From the NCBI GenBank assembly GCA_963825055.1, contig CAWGSK010000034.1, forward strand, positions 166,907 through 230,906: 64,000 nucleotides of DNA, read 5' to 3'. Position numbers and translations under genes: made by a program. This document shows positions 8,893 through 20,335 of the stretch, one piece after another. The stretch comes from an uncultured Gemmatimonadales bacterium (GTDB taxonomy: Bacteria > Gemmatimonadota > Gemmatimonadetes > Gemmatimonadales > GWC2-71-9). Below the pieces are notes generated by a model. That model was given only the letters and a program-made list of their open reading frames with translations. It searched no databases and was not told the origin of the DNA. The first letter of the stretch is position 1, and every line of letters starts with the position of its first letter.

Positions 8893-10290
8893 TCAGATAT
8901 GTATCACCCGTCCCATCGAATCCAGCGCCGCCTCGGCGATGGCCTCCGACAGGGTGGGGTGCGCATGGACGGTCATGTCAATTTCTTCCACCGTGTACTC
9001 GTTCTCGCGCGCGACGGCGAGTTCGTGGATCATCTCCGAGGCATGACTGCCGACCAGGTGCGCGCCCAGGATTTCGCCGTACTTCTTGTCGCGGATGATC
9101 TTGACGAAGCCCTCGGTCTCGTTGGCCGTCCGGGCGCGCCCGTTGGCGCTGAAGGGGAAGCGGCCGACCTGGTACTCGATCTTCTCCTCCTTGCACCGTT
9201 CTTCGGTCTTCCCGATGCTGGCGACTTCCGGGTGGCAGTAGGTGACACTCGGGATGTTGTCGTACTTGATCGGATGCGGCTTCTTCCCCGCGATGGTCTC
9301 GGCGACGTTGACGCCCTCACGACTGCCCTTGTGGGCCAGCATCGGCGGGCCAGCCACGTCCCCGATGCTGTAGACCCCCTTCGCGGTGGTCTCGAGCGTC
9401 TCGCGGTTCACCTTGATGAAACCACGGTCGGTCAACTCGACCCCGGCCTCCTTGAGGCCGATGTTCTCGGTGTTGACCGCCCGGCCCGCCGCCATCAGCA
9501 CCTGGTCCACTTCGATGGTCTCGGGCTTGCCGCCAACTTCGATCTCCAGGGTGACGAGCTTGCCCTTCACCGTTGCCTTCTTCACGGCCGCGCCCGCCCG
9601 GACCTCGATCTTCCGCTTCCGGTAGCTCTTGGCGAGGGCATCGGATGCCTCGGCGTCCTCCAGCGGCAGGATACGGGGCAGGGCTTCGATCAGCGTGACC
9701 TGGCTGCCGAACGCGTTGAAGATGTCCGCGAACTCGCATCCCACCGCACCAGCGCCGATCACCGCGAGCCGCTTCGGCGCGGTCTCCAGGAACAGCGCCT
9801 CGTCGGAACTGATCACGGTGGTGCCGTTCAGCTCGAGCCCGACCTGTGGCAGTCCCTTCACCCGGCTTCCCGTGGCGATCACGACCGCCTTCGAGGCCTG
9901 GTAGGTGTCCTTGCCGACCTTCACCTTCCGGTCCTTCTGCAGGGTACCGGTGCCGGCGATGACCGTGATCTTGTGCTTCTTCATCAGGAAGCCGACGCCC
10001 TTGGAGTTCTGTTCCGACACCTTCCGGGAGCGCTGCATCGCGACCCCGTAGTCGGTGCTGACGTCGCCGGTGGTGATGCCGAGGTCCTTCGCTTCATGCC
10101 GGATCACGTTGGCCATCAGGGCGCTGTGCAGCAGGGCCTTGGTCGGGATGCAGCCGATATTGACGCACACGCCGCCGAGCTTGTCTTTCTCGACCACGGC
10201 GGTGCTCAGCCCGAGCTGGGCGCAGCGGATGGCACATACGTAGCCGGCGGGGCCACCGCCAAGCACGATCACGTCGAACTGATTAGCCAC
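8893..10290 (-). CDS. lpdA: Dihydrolipoyl dehydrogenase (E3)
   Basis: GGGPAGY, GGVCVNIGCIPTK, HAHPTLSE; GTG start after AGGAG. Confidence 0.97.
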   Translation of the reverse strand: MANQFDVIVLGGGPAGYVCAIRCAQLGLSTAVVEKDKLGGVCVNIGCIPTKALLHSALMANVIRHEAKDLGITTGDVSTDYGVAMQRSRKVSEQNSKGVGFLMKKHKITVIAGTGTLQKDRKVKVGKDTYQASKAVVIATGSRVKGLPQVGLELNGTTVISSDEALFLETAPKRLAVIGAGAVGCEFADIFNAFGSQVTLIEALPRILPLEDAEASDALAKSYRKRKIEVRAGAAVKKATVKGKLVTLEIEVGGKPETIEVDQVLMAAGRAVNTENIGLKEAGVELTDRGFIKVNRETLETTAKGVYSIGDVAGPPMLAHKGSREGVNVAETIAGKKPHPIKYDNIPSVTYCHPEVASIGKTEERCKEEKIEYQVGRFPFSANGRARTANETEGFVKIIRDKKYGEILGAHLVGSHASEMIHELAVARENEYTVEEIDMTVHAHPTLSEAIAEAALDSMGRVIHI

Positions 10291-10327
10291 AGGTCTCCTC
10301 GTCGGGTAGAATTGCGGTCGTTCCGGC

Positions 10328-11575
<1,248 letters not shown>

Positions 11576-11577
11576 GA

Positions 11578-12561
11578 TCAGTCGAGGTAAAGGACCTGTT
11601 TCGCGGCCGCCACCACCTTCGCAGGGTCGACCTTGGCGAGCTTCTCGAGATGCTTGTTGTAGGGCATGGGGACGTCGGCGCCCGTCACCCGCAGCACCGG
11701 GGCGTCGAGTTCATCGAAGATGTTCCGCTGGATCCGGTCGACCACCTCGGCCCCAACGCCGGCGAAGGGCCATCCCTCCTCCGCCACCACGCAGCGATGG
11801 GTTCGCGCAACGGACTCGAGCACGGTCCGCTCGTCCAGCGGCCGGATGGTGCGGAGGTCCACGATCTCGGCGTCGACCCCCTCCTCGGCCAGCATTTCCG
11901 CGGCCTTGAGGGCCACCATGACGGTCTTGGAATGACAGATGATCGTCACGTCCTTCCCCGCGCGCTTCACCTCGGCCTGGCCGATGGGGATGGTGAAGTC
12001 CTCCTCGTCCGGCACCTCGTCCTTCATGTTGTAGAGCATTTCGCCCTCAATGAAGATGACGGGGTTGTCGTCCCGGATGGCGCTCTTGAGCAGGCCCTTG
12101 GCATCGGCGGGCGTGGCCGGCATGACCACCTTGAGCCCGGGGATATGCGCATAGTGCGCCTCAAGCGCCTGGCTGTGCTGCGCGGCGAGCTGGAGCGCCG
12201 CACCGCCGGGGCCCCGCACGACCATGGGCACCCCCAGCTGGCCGCCCGACATGTAGCGCATCTTCGCCGCGGAGTTGATGATCTGGTCCATCGCCAGGAG
12301 GGCGAAGTTAAAGGTCATCACCTCGATCACGGGACGGAGGCCCACCATCGCGGCGCCCACGCCGAGGCCGGTGAAGCCCAGCTCAGTGATGGGGGTGTCC
12401 ACCACCCGCTTCGGACCGAACTCCTCCAGCAGGCCGCGGCTCACCTTGTAGGCCCCCTGGTAGACACCCACCTCCTCGCCCATCAGGAAGACCGACTCGT
12501 CGCGGTGCATCTCCTCGCGCAGCGCGGCGTTCAGCGCGTCACGGTACGTCAGCGTGGCCAT
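11578..12561 (-). CDS. pdhB: Pyruvate dehydrogenase E1 beta subunit
   Basis: GEEVGVYQGAYKV, DTPITE, AAQHSQ. Confidence 0.96.
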   Translation of the reverse strand: MATLTYRDALNAALREEMHRDESVFLMGEEVGVYQGAYKVSRGLLEEFGPKRVVDTPITELGFTGLGVGAAMVGLRPVIEVMTFNFALLAMDQIINSAAKMRYMSGGQLGVPMVVRGPGGAALQLAAQHSQALEAHYAHIPGLKVVMPATPADAKGLLKSAIRDDNPVIFIEGEMLYNMKDEVPDEEDFTIPIGQAEVKRAGKDVTIICHSKTVMVALKAAEMLAEEGVDAEIVDLRTIRPLDERTVLESVARTHRCVVAEEGWPFAGVGAEVVDRIQRNIFDELDAPVLRVTGADVPMPYNKHLEKLAKVDPAKVVAAAKQVLYLD

Positions 12562-13592
12562 CAGTTCTGCTCCGCGTATACGTCGGTATACAGGGCCTCA
12601 GCCGGTGGGTCCGCCGCTTCTTCTGCAAACCGATAGGCGTCCTCCACCTCGGCCACCACTTCACCGTCGAGCGCCTTGATGGCGGCCTCGTCCATTACCC
12701 CGGTCTCCCGGAGGTGCCGGCTCCAGACGGCGATCGGGTCGCGCTTGCGCTGTTCCTCCACCTCTTCCTTGGTCCGGTAGTGGCCGTGGATCGGGTCGGA
12801 CATCGAGTGGCCCATGAAGCGGTACGTCCGGATTTCCAGCAGGGTCGGGTGCTGTTCGTCCCGTGCCCGGTGGACCGCGCGCTCCATCGCTTCGTGGACG
12901 GCCAGCAGGTCCTGGCCGTCCACGATCTCGTTGGCCATGTCGTACGAGCAGGCCCGCTCGGAGATGTCGTACAGCGCGCTGGCCCGCTCGAGAGCGGTGC
13001 CCATGCCGTATCGGTTGTTCTCGCAGATATAGATCGCCGGCAGCTTCCAGAGGGCGGCCATGTTGAGCGACTCGTGGAAGGCGCCCTGGTTCACGGCCGC
13101 CTCCCCGAAGTAGCAGGCCGCGACCTGGCGGGTCTCCCGGTACTTGGCCGCGAAGGCCATGCCGGTTGCCAGCGGGATCTGCCCGCCCACGATGCCGTGG
13201 CCGCCCAGGAAGCCGCGGGAGGCGTCAAAGAGGTGCATGGAGCCGCCCTTGCCGCCGCTCGTTCCCTCGGCCTTCCCGAACAACTCGGCCATCACCGCGC
13301 GCGGGGCGATCCCGCGGGCCAGTGCCTGGCCATGCTCCCGGTAGGACGTGACGATGTAATCGTCGTCATCCAGGTGCGAGAGGGTGCCGACCGCGACGGC
13401 TTCCTGCCCGATATAGAGGTGGCAGAACCCGCCGATCAGGCCGAGGCTGTACGCCTCCCCCGCCTTTTCCTCGAACCGGCGGATGAGCAGCATGTCGCGG
13501 AGCCATCGTTTCCACTGCTCCGCGGTCGTGGTGTCCGGTTTCTCCGTCGCCGGCGCCTTCTTCTGCTTTGCCTTCGTCTGCGAACCTGCCAT
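12561..13592 (-). CDS. pdhA: Pyruvate dehydrogenase E1 alpha subunit
   Basis: GFCHLYIGQEA, YREHG, GKGGSMH, TYRFMGHSMSDP. Confidence 0.96.
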   Translation of the reverse strand: MAGSQTKAKQKKAPATEKPDTTTAEQWKRWLRDMLLIRRFEEKAGEAYSLGLIGGFCHLYIGQEAVAVGTLSHLDDDDYIVTSYREHGQALARGIAPRAVMAELFGKAEGTSGGKGGSMHLFDASRGFLGGHGIVGGQIPLATGMAFAAKYRETRQVAACYFGEAAVNQGAFHESLNMAALWKLPAIYICENNRYGMGTALERASALYDISERACSYDMANEIVDGQDLLAVHEAMERAVHRARDEQHPTLLEIRTYRFMGHSMSDPIHGHYRTKEEVEEQRKRDPIAVWSRHLRETGVMDEAAIKALDGEVVAEVEDAYRFAEEAADPPAEALYTDVYAEQN

Positions 13593-14533
13593 CAGCGCTC
13601 CGCGACCTGGGTGCGGGCCTGCTCAACCTGCTCCCAGGCATGGTAGGAGGACCGCGTAAGGGGACTCGCCTCGACGTGCCGGAAACCCATCCGGAGGCCG
13701 ATGTCCCGAAGCTCGGTGAATTCGTCAGGGGTGTAATAGCGCGTGATCGGGAGGTGGCCATCCGACGGGCGCAGGTACTGGCCCAGGGTCAGGATGTTCA
13801 CGTCGCTTTCGCGCAGGTCGCGCATGCAGGTGAGGATCTCGTCCCATTCCTCGCCCATGCCCAGGATCACGCCCGACTTGGTGAGGCCGTCCGGGGCCAT
13901 GCGGCGCGCATTCGCCAGCACCTGGAGCGCGCGGGGGTACCGCCCCCCGGGGCGCGCCAGCCGGTACAGCCGCTCGGCGGTTTCCAGGTTGTGGTTCAGG
14001 ATGTCCGGCCGCGCGTCCATCACGATCTGCAGTGCCCGCTCCGAGCCCTTGAAGTCCGGAATCAGCACTTCGACTGACGTGCCGGGCAGGCGGCGGTGAA
14101 TCTCCGTGATGCACCCGGCGAACGCCTCCGCCCCGCCGTTGGGCAGGTCATCGCGGTCAACGCTCGTGATCACCACATGCTGCAGCCCCATCTCGGCAAC
14201 CGCCTCCGCCAGCCGGACCGGTTCGACCGGATCGAATGGGGCCGGCGTGCCGTGAGCGACCGCGCAGTAAGCGCAGTTCCTGGTGCAGACATCGCCCAGG
14301 ATCATGAACGTCGCCGCCTTGTGGTCCCAGCACTCGCCGATGTTCGGGCAGCGCGCTTCCTCGCACACGGTGTGGAGGCCCAGGTCCCGCATCAGCCCCT
14401 TGAGCCGGACGTAGTTCGGCCCGCCCGGCGCCTTGACCTTGAGCCAGGAGGGTTTCCGGACCGCCGCCTTGAGGGGAGTTCCCGCCCCGGTCGGGGGAGG
14501 AGTGCGGGTCAGTTGTACCAGCGGTATTGCCAT
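13592..14533 (-). CDS. lipA: Lipoyl synthase
   Basis: CEEARCPNIGEC and CTRNCAYC clusters; RSSYHA. Confidence 0.97.
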   Translation of the reverse strand: MAIPLVQLTRTPPPTGAGTPLKAAVRKPSWLKVKAPGGPNYVRLKGLMRDLGLHTVCEEARCPNIGECWDHKAATFMILGDVCTRNCAYCAVAHGTPAPFDPVEPVRLAEAVAEMGLQHVVITSVDRDDLPNGGAEAFAGCITEIHRRLPGTSVEVLIPDFKGSERALQIVMDARPDILNHNLETAERLYRLARPGGRYPRALQVLANARRMAPDGLTKSGVILGMGEEWDEILTCMRDLRESDVNILTLGQYLRPSDGHLPITRYYTPDEFTELRDIGLRMGFRHVEASPLTRSSYHAWEQVEQARTQVAER

Positions 14534-14622
14534 GCAGCCTGTCCCGGCCCCGGTGCGCCGGGGCCCGTTGCGGTTGAGCCCGGTAAATTAGTCGGGGAGA
14601 ATGAGATATGCCAAAGGCGGAC

Positions 14623-15810
14623 TCAGTCGCCGCCGGCGGCCTCCGCCTCGGCCAGCAGGCGTTCCACCGTCTCGTTGAATTCGCGGACCTGCTGTGTGTA
14701 GCGCGCGCCTGCCGCCGGCCCGTAGAACCCGGCGTGGATCTTCCGCACCCGGCCGTCCGGGCCGATGAAGATCGTGGTCGGATAACTGGTGAAGCCGGTC
14801 AGTTGCGGGAGGGTGGCAGCCGTCAGGTCGGTCTCGTTCTGGCCGGCGAGCAGCAGCGGGAAGGGAATACCGAACTTGTCGCGGAACCGGCGCACCTGGC
14901 GGTTGTCGATGGCCGTGTCGCCGGTGACCTCATACGCGAGGCCGACCATCGCGAGCCCGCGGTCGTGCCAGGTCTCGTAGAGGTCGCGCAGGACCGGGGC
15001 GGCGTCGTGGCAGGTGGGGCACCATGAACCGAAGATGTCCACCACGAGCACCTTTCCCCGGAAACGCGGGTCGTCCTGTGTCACCATCCTTCCCTCGAGA
15101 TCAGGGAAGCGGAAGGTGAAGGGAGCGGGGTCCGCAGTCGTGAGGGTGGTAGGCTCCGCCAAGTGCGGCCCGCCGTCGCTCCTGACCGCCATCCACGGAG
15201 TCTGTGTCCGGGCTCCGGCGTGAAAGAGGCCGCGCAGCGTGTCTCCGTCCAGCCGCCCGGTGATCATGTACACGAATGACCCGTCGAAGTGCGCGAGGCT
15301 GAAGCTGTCGGCGTCAGCCCTCCCCCAGAACAGGCCGTAGTCGCCCGTAGCCGAAAGCCAGGTGCCCTCCATGCCCTCTGGGGTGTTCCAGATGCGGAGC
15401 ACGCGGGGAGGCCTGCGTCCGTCCAGCAGCATCCAGCCGTCCCAGCGCCCGGTGAGCGCAGCGGAAGCCGGCTCCGCGGGCCAGCGGCCGCGCGCCGCCC
15501 GGAACGGGATGCGCCTGGGGCCGCGGTTCCCCACGTTCCGGTAGACACCCACGAGGGAGTCTCCCGTGATTCGTGCGGAGATCGTGGCGTCGTAGTCCGC
15601 GATGTCGATCAGGACGGTGTCGCCCGCAACCGTCACGGATGACAGGGCGTCACAGCGCGAGCCGTTGCAGAGACGGCCGCCACCCGCACTGTCCACCTCG
15701 AGCGTGAACCGGAGCGGCCCGCCCGCCAGGTCCAGCACGGCCCGCCACGGCCCGGCGGCACCCGGCGCCGCCAGCAGCCCGGCGGTGAGGAGGAGCGCAT
15801 GCAGCATCAC
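14623..15810 (-). CDS. Secreted TlpA/ResA-like thiol-disulfide oxidoreductase
   Basis: Signal peptide; GSWCPTC; YPTTIFIG. Confidence 0.85.
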   Translation of the reverse strand: MMLHALLLTAGLLAAPGAAGPWRAVLDLAGGPLRFTLEVDSAGGGRLCNGSRCDALSSVTVAGDTVLIDIADYDATISARITGDSLVGVYRNVGNRGPRRIPFRAARGRWPAEPASAALTGRWDGWMLLDGRRPPRVLRIWNTPEGMEGTWLSATGDYGLFWGRADADSFSLAHFDGSFVYMITGRLDGDTLRGLFHAGARTQTPWMAVRSDGGPHLAEPTTLTTADPAPFTFRFPDLEGRMVTQDDPRFRGKVLVVDIFGSWCPTCHDAAPVLRDLYETWHDRGLAMVGLAYEVTGDTAIDNRQVRRFRDKFGIPFPLLLAGQNETDLTAATLPQLTGFTSYPTTIFIGPDGRVRKIHAGFYGPAAGARYTQQVREFNETVERLLAEAEAAGGD

Positions 15811-16616
15811 TCCGCCTCGTGCGGGGCGTAGCGCTCGCCGGCCTCGATGGGGATGGCCAGCGTATTCCCCGGCCAGGGGGCGGGACAGGCATAGACGGTA
15901 CTGTAGGCGCAGAAGGGGTTGCGGGAACGGTTGAAGTCGAGGCGGAAGCGATCGGCAGCCACGGGTTCCAGGGTAACGAAGCGTCCGGCAGGGTAGCTCC
16001 CGTGGTCACTGGTCGCGTCCCGGAAGTAGATGGTCAGTTCCCGTTCTTCGGTGCCGGGTATGGGAACGCGGTAGACCTGGAGCGAGGCCGGTCCCTCCGC
16101 GGTCGGGATCCGGACCTGCCCGGCGATCGTCGCTTCCACCTCGACGCCGTCCATGGTCAGGATCATCCGGCGTGCCGGTTCGCGAGGCGGGACCAGCGGC
16201 CCGGTGAAGACCATGTCGTCTCGCCAGGGATACCAGGCCGGTGGTTCGGCCCCGGTGGGATCGCCATACACGGTGAGCACCGACCGGCCCGGGAGTCCGG
16301 ACGCCTGGAGCTTCCATCGCCCGATCGGCAGCTGCCGGCTGCGGGGAACGAGCCGTTCGGCACCTGCGCTGCTGATCCGGACGACGCCGTTCTGCTCCTT
16401 CACCGTTGTCCGGGGCATGCCTTCCAGCGGGATATCGGTTCCGTCCGGGCCGAGCACCAGCCCTTCGCCCACCGCGGCACGGGCCACCGCGGCGTAAGGC
16501 GAGTTGTCTCCCGTGACCAGCCACCTGGCCAGGTCGGTGCGTTCGGCCTGCACCGCTGGCGGCGTCTGCGCCGCCAGAAGCCCTGGCACAAGTGTGAAAA
16601 GGAAGAGGAGTCGCAT
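15807..16616 (-). CDS. DUF1684 family protein
   Basis: FRDATS..SYPAGRF, LDFNRSRNPFCAYS..YACP, IEAGE. Confidence 0.85.
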   Translation of the reverse strand: MRLLFLFTLVPGLLAAQTPPAVQAERTDLARWLVTGDNSPYAAVARAAVGEGLVLGPDGTDIPLEGMPRTTVKEQNGVVRISSAGAERLVPRSRQLPIGRWKLQASGLPGRSVLTVYGDPTGAEPPAWYPWRDDMVFTGPLVPPREPARRMILTMDGVEVEATIAGQVRIPTAEGPASLQVYRVPIPGTEERELTIYFRDATSDHGSYPAGRFVTLEPVAADRFRLDFNRSRNPFCAYSTVYACPAPWPGNTLAIPIEAGERYAPHEAE

Positions 16617-16711
16617 GCTTCCATTATAAGCGCGCCGGGTGGTACCCTGGTCGGGGTCGCCGGCGCGTTCACATCGCACCCGGGCGCAGGTGGGAAGGAT
16701 GCCCGCGTGGA

Positions 16712-17811
16712 TTACCAGTCGAAGAAGCGTTCGGGCCGGAATGGCGTGAGGTGGTCGTCCACCTGGCCGGACGTGATCTGCTCGGACAGGAGGAGCCCGG
16801 TGATGCCGGCGAGGAGGATGCCGTTACGGCCGTGGCCGGTAGCGTACCAGAGGCCGCGGGACATGGGCTCGGGGCCGATGATCGGCAGCCCGTCGGGGGT
16901 GACCGGCCTCAGTCCCGCCCAGGTCCGGCGCACCTCCGACTGGGCGAGGGCGGGAAGCAGTTCTGTTACCGCGTTGAATATGCGGGCGAGGCCCGCCGAG
17001 GTGACCTCGGCGTCGAATCCCGCGTGCTCCATGGTGGAGCCGGCAAGCGCTTCCCCCCCCGGGCCATCAGATAGCAGTGACGTCCGTACACGATGCTTCG
17101 TTCCAGGTCCGCGGGCCAGGGCAGGGCGGCCATCTGGCCTCGGATCGGCACCACTGGCAGCGGCCGGGGGACCCCTGTGATGAGGCCGCTCCAGGCGCCG
17201 GCCGCGATGACGACCTCGCCGGCGGGATAGCGTTCCTTCCCCACCGCGCCCGTGACGCGCTCGCCGCGGCATTCGAGCGACGTGATGGTGTCCTGGACGA
17301 TGCGCGCACCGTGGCTTGCTGCGTCGGCCAGCAGCGCCTTGACCAGACTGCCGGGGTCCAGCGCCCCATCATGCGGAGCCCAGAGCGCACCATGCGTGAC
17401 CCGGAGCCAGGGCCAGCGGGTTCGGGCTTCCTCCTCGTCGAACCAGTCGCAGATGTGTCCCTGCTGCCGCTGCCACGCGACCCGGGACTTGAGTTCCGCC
17501 ACCTCGTCCTCGGTGGTGGCTACCCGTGCGATCCCCTCCTGCCAGAGACCCACGTCGATCCCGGTCGACTCCAGCAGCTCTTCCGAGAGTTCGCGATAAC
17601 GCTCGCGGCCGGCGAGCCCGAAATCGAAGAGCGGATCGTCCGGTCCCGCCTCGATCTGGGGCGCGAGCATGCCGGCGGCCGCCCGCCACGCGTCACCCTG
17701 GTCGTCGCTACGGTCGACCACGAGAACGCTGCGTCCGGCCCGGGCCAGTTCGCGCGCGCAGGCAGCGCCTATGGCGCCGCCTCCTACGATGACAATATCT
17801 TGCGATTGCAT
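16712..17811 (-). pseudogene. thiO: Glycine oxidase ThiO/DadA-family FAD oxidoreductase, frameshifted at a G8 run (possibly a sequencing error)
   Basis: N-terminal GGGAIG, AAAGML, PIRGQ in one frame; GSTME, WAGLRP, GHGRNGILL in another; junction at C8 run 17053-17060. Confidence 0.85.
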
Positions 17812-17889
17812 CACTTAGGACTCTACGAAACTTTTTGAAACGTTATCCCGTACGTGTGGCTGAGCCTGTTTCCGTGGAGGAAAATAGCA

Positions 17890-18114
17890 ATGTTCCGGAC
17901 GCTCGTCGGGTTTGCGGCAGTCGCCGTCGTAGGAATCCTGGCCCTGAAGCTCCTCTTCGGACTTCTCGGGTTCGCGATCAGTCTGTTCTTTACCCTGCTC
18001 TGGTGGGCATTCATCGGGTTCGTGATCTATATGATCATCAAGATCATCAGCCCGTCCACCGCACGCAGCATCCGGGAGATGATCACCGGAAAACCGGAGG
18101 GCACCGCAGCCTGA
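17890..18114 (+). CDS. Small membrane protein
   Basis: GGAGG SD at 17876-17880; two TM segments; followed by a hairpin. Confidence 0.7.
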   Translation: MFRTLVGFAAVAVVGILALKLLFGLLGFAISLFFTLLWWAFIGFVIYMIIKIISPSTARSIREMITGKPEGTAA

Positions 18115-18131
18115 CCGGCGGTGCCTGAGGA

Positions 18132-18169
18132 GCGCGGGGACGAGGGCCGGAAGGCCTTCGTCCCCGCGC
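18132..18169. terminator. GC-rich hairpin between convergent genes
   Basis: GCGCGGGGACGAGGGCC-GGAA-GGCCTTCGTCCCCGCGC. Confidence 0.75.
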
Positions 18170-18174
18170 GCGTT

Positions 18175-18621
18175 TCAGGGCGTGGAGCTGTGGATGTGGA
18201 GTATCCGCCAGCGCCCGGTCGCGCGGTCCCGGCCCAGGATGAATGTTGCCCGGCCCTCATGGGCGGTGTGGTCCGGTGCCAGGCAGCGGTAGTCAAGCAC
18301 GGCCCACGCCGTGGGCCCCTGCGACCAGGACCGGCTCTGGGTGATGGAGACCTGGCAGTCGGGGACGATCCCCGCCATCCGCGGGTATCCCTGCTGGAAC
18401 GTCCCGTCCACGATGAACACCGCATCCGGCCCGTAGAGGCTGTCGGCGAGGTCGACGCGGGATTCGGCGCGGAGGGCCTCCGTGATGACGGCATTGGCGT
18501 CGGACTCGGCGCCCGGTGCCTGGTCGTTGATGACCGGCATGCGGGGTGGCGAGGTACCGCGCGCGCAGGCGCCGAGCAGGAGGATCGCGCCGGTGAGCCG
18601 GGTCACGCGCGTACGGGTCAC
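18175..18621 (-). CDS. NTF2/SnoaL-like lipoprotein
   Basis: Lipobox LGAC; GRATFIL...WRILHIHSS. Confidence 0.75.
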   Translation of the reverse strand: MTRTRVTRLTGAILLLGACARGTSPPRMPVINDQAPGAESDANAVITEALRAESRVDLADSLYGPDAVFIVDGTFQQGYPRMAGIVPDCQVSITQSRSWSQGPTAWAVLDYRCLAPDHTAHEGRATFILGRDRATGRWRILHIHSSTP

Positions 18622-19583
18622 CCCTCCGGCTGCTCCAGCCGGTCCAGCACTCCCCAGAACAGCAGTGGCAGCATGATTTCGTGGTGGCCGGTGAGCTGGA
18701 TGCCGGTGCCGTTATTTCGTGTCGGCCGTTCCACCACGTTGACCCTCGGGCGGTAGTGGCGCTGCATGTCGAAGTCAGCCGCGAGGAAGCCGGTCGGTCG
18801 CCCGCCCTCCAGGTTGCGGCATACGGTGAGCGCCTTGAGGAAGACCTCGGGCATGATCACGGCACTGCCGAGGTTCAGTACGGCCCCGCCCTGGTCCAGG
18901 TCGAGCACGGCGCCCGCGAGCCGGCGGAAGTCGCGATGACTGGTCGCCCCGATCGCGGCGCCGTCCGCGGAAGGATGCTGGTGTGTGATCTCGGCACCGA
19001 TCGCCGCGTGCACGGTCACGCCGACCTCGTGTTCCCGGCAGGCGAGCAGCACCGAGACACCCGGGTCGGCGTTGCCCTTCCGCGCGGCGAGATGGCGGGC
19101 GAACCCTTCGCCCAGGCCGAGCCCGTCACGCGCGGCTGACGATGCGGCGGCATTCATTTCGGCCCCGGTCTCTTCCGCCATCCCGAAGGTCCCGTCGCCG
19201 AGACCCTCAGCCACGTCTTCGCTCGTCCCGCCGAACGCGGCAAGCTCGAAGTCATGGATGGCGGCTGCGCCGTTCATGGCCACATGGGTGACGACACCGC
19301 GCCGGATCCAGTCGGCCAGCAGCGGGCCCATGCCGACCTTGATTACGTGCCCGCCAAGCAGGAGGATCACGCCACGTCCGTCGCGGCAGGCCTGGGCAAC
19401 GTGCGTGACCACACGTCGGAGGTCGCGCGCGGCGAGGATGTCCGGCAGGCTGTCGAGGAAGGCATGGAACGAACGGTCCCCGCCCGGAATCCGGGCGAGG
19501 AGCTCGTCCGCGACCTTGTTCTTCCGCCCCGCGATGGGGACGGTACGGAGTCGGCTGAAGTCCGGCTCGCGATAGGGGGCCAT
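18618..19583 (-). CDS. Deoxyhypusine-synthase-like fold protein (GSU2086-like family)
   Basis: GGHVIKVG, MNGAAAIHDFE, FGMAEETG, GSAVIMPEVFLKA, GHHEIMLP. Confidence 0.65.
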   Translation of the reverse strand: MAPYREPDFSRLRTVPIAGRKNKVADELLARIPGGDRSFHAFLDSLPDILAARDLRRVVTHVAQACRDGRGVILLLGGHVIKVGMGPLLADWIRRGVVTHVAMNGAAAIHDFELAAFGGTSEDVAEGLGDGTFGMAEETGAEMNAAASSAARDGLGLGEGFARHLAARKGNADPGVSVLLACREHEVGVTVHAAIGAEITHQHPSADGAAIGATSHRDFRRLAGAVLDLDQGGAVLNLGSAVIMPEVFLKALTVCRNLEGGRPTGFLAADFDMQRHYRPRVNVVERPTRNNGTGIQLTGHHEIMLPLLFWGVLDRLEQPEG

Positions 19584-20335
19584 CAGGTCGGGGTCGTCAC
19601 CGGGACGTCGGGCAGGACCATGTCCTCCAGTTGCAGGGTCACGGTACCGAACATGAACTTCGACTTGATGCGTACCGGGATCCGGCGCGCGTCATCCGTG
19701 AGCCAGATCCGCGCCTCAGCCCTCGGCGCGAACATGCCACGTTCGCCCACGATCGGCCGGATCACGAGGCACTGGGTCTTCACGTCACCCGGCAGTTCGC
19801 ACTTCTCCCGCTTTTCCACCCTCACGATCACCGGGTTGCGGTCCTGGTGAAAATACCGGTCGTACTTGTACGTCCGTCCCACCTCGAGCGGGGTGAAACG
19901 GATGAAGTAGAAGAAGGCCGCGTCGTCGAGCGGATTGGCCGGGGAGGCCTTCGTCTCGTCCTTCACCCGCTCGTGGAACAGGCCGCTGTCGGGAAAGATG
20001 TCGTAGACCCGATGGCGGATCTTGCCGTCCTCGTCGAAATCCTGCTCGAACTTGAGGGAACGGAAGCCCTGCACCGATACCCAGCTGCGCATCACGTTGT
20101 TGATGTCGAACCCGAGCGTGCCGCCCTCGAGCTCGAACCTCATGCGAAAGGCCTCCTGGCCCCGCAGCGTGTCCATCGCGGCTACCTGCATCGCAGCCCG
20201 GCCCAGCTTGATGATGCCGAGCTTGGCGGAATAGGAGAAGGACTCCCCGACCTGGAAAGGATAATCCGGCACCGTGGGCGCCTGTGGCGCGGCGGCGGCC
20301 TGCAGCAGGGCCAGCGTAATAAGCATCCCGTTCAC
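19583..20335 (-). CDS. DUF3108 family exported protein
   Basis: PFQVGESFSY; IWLTDDARRIPVRIKS; GTG start overlapping upstream stop. Confidence 0.75.
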   Translation of the reverse strand: MNGMLITLALLQAAAAPQAPTVPDYPFQVGESFSYSAKLGIIKLGRAAMQVAAMDTLRGQEAFRMRFELEGGTLGFDINNVMRSWVSVQGFRSLKFEQDFDEDGKIRHRVYDIFPDSGLFHERVKDETKASPANPLDDAAFFYFIRFTPLEVGRTYKYDRYFHQDRNPVIVRVEKREKCELPGDVKTQCLVIRPIVGERGMFAPRAEARIWLTDDARRIPVRIKSKFMFGTVTLQLEDMVLPDVPVTTPT

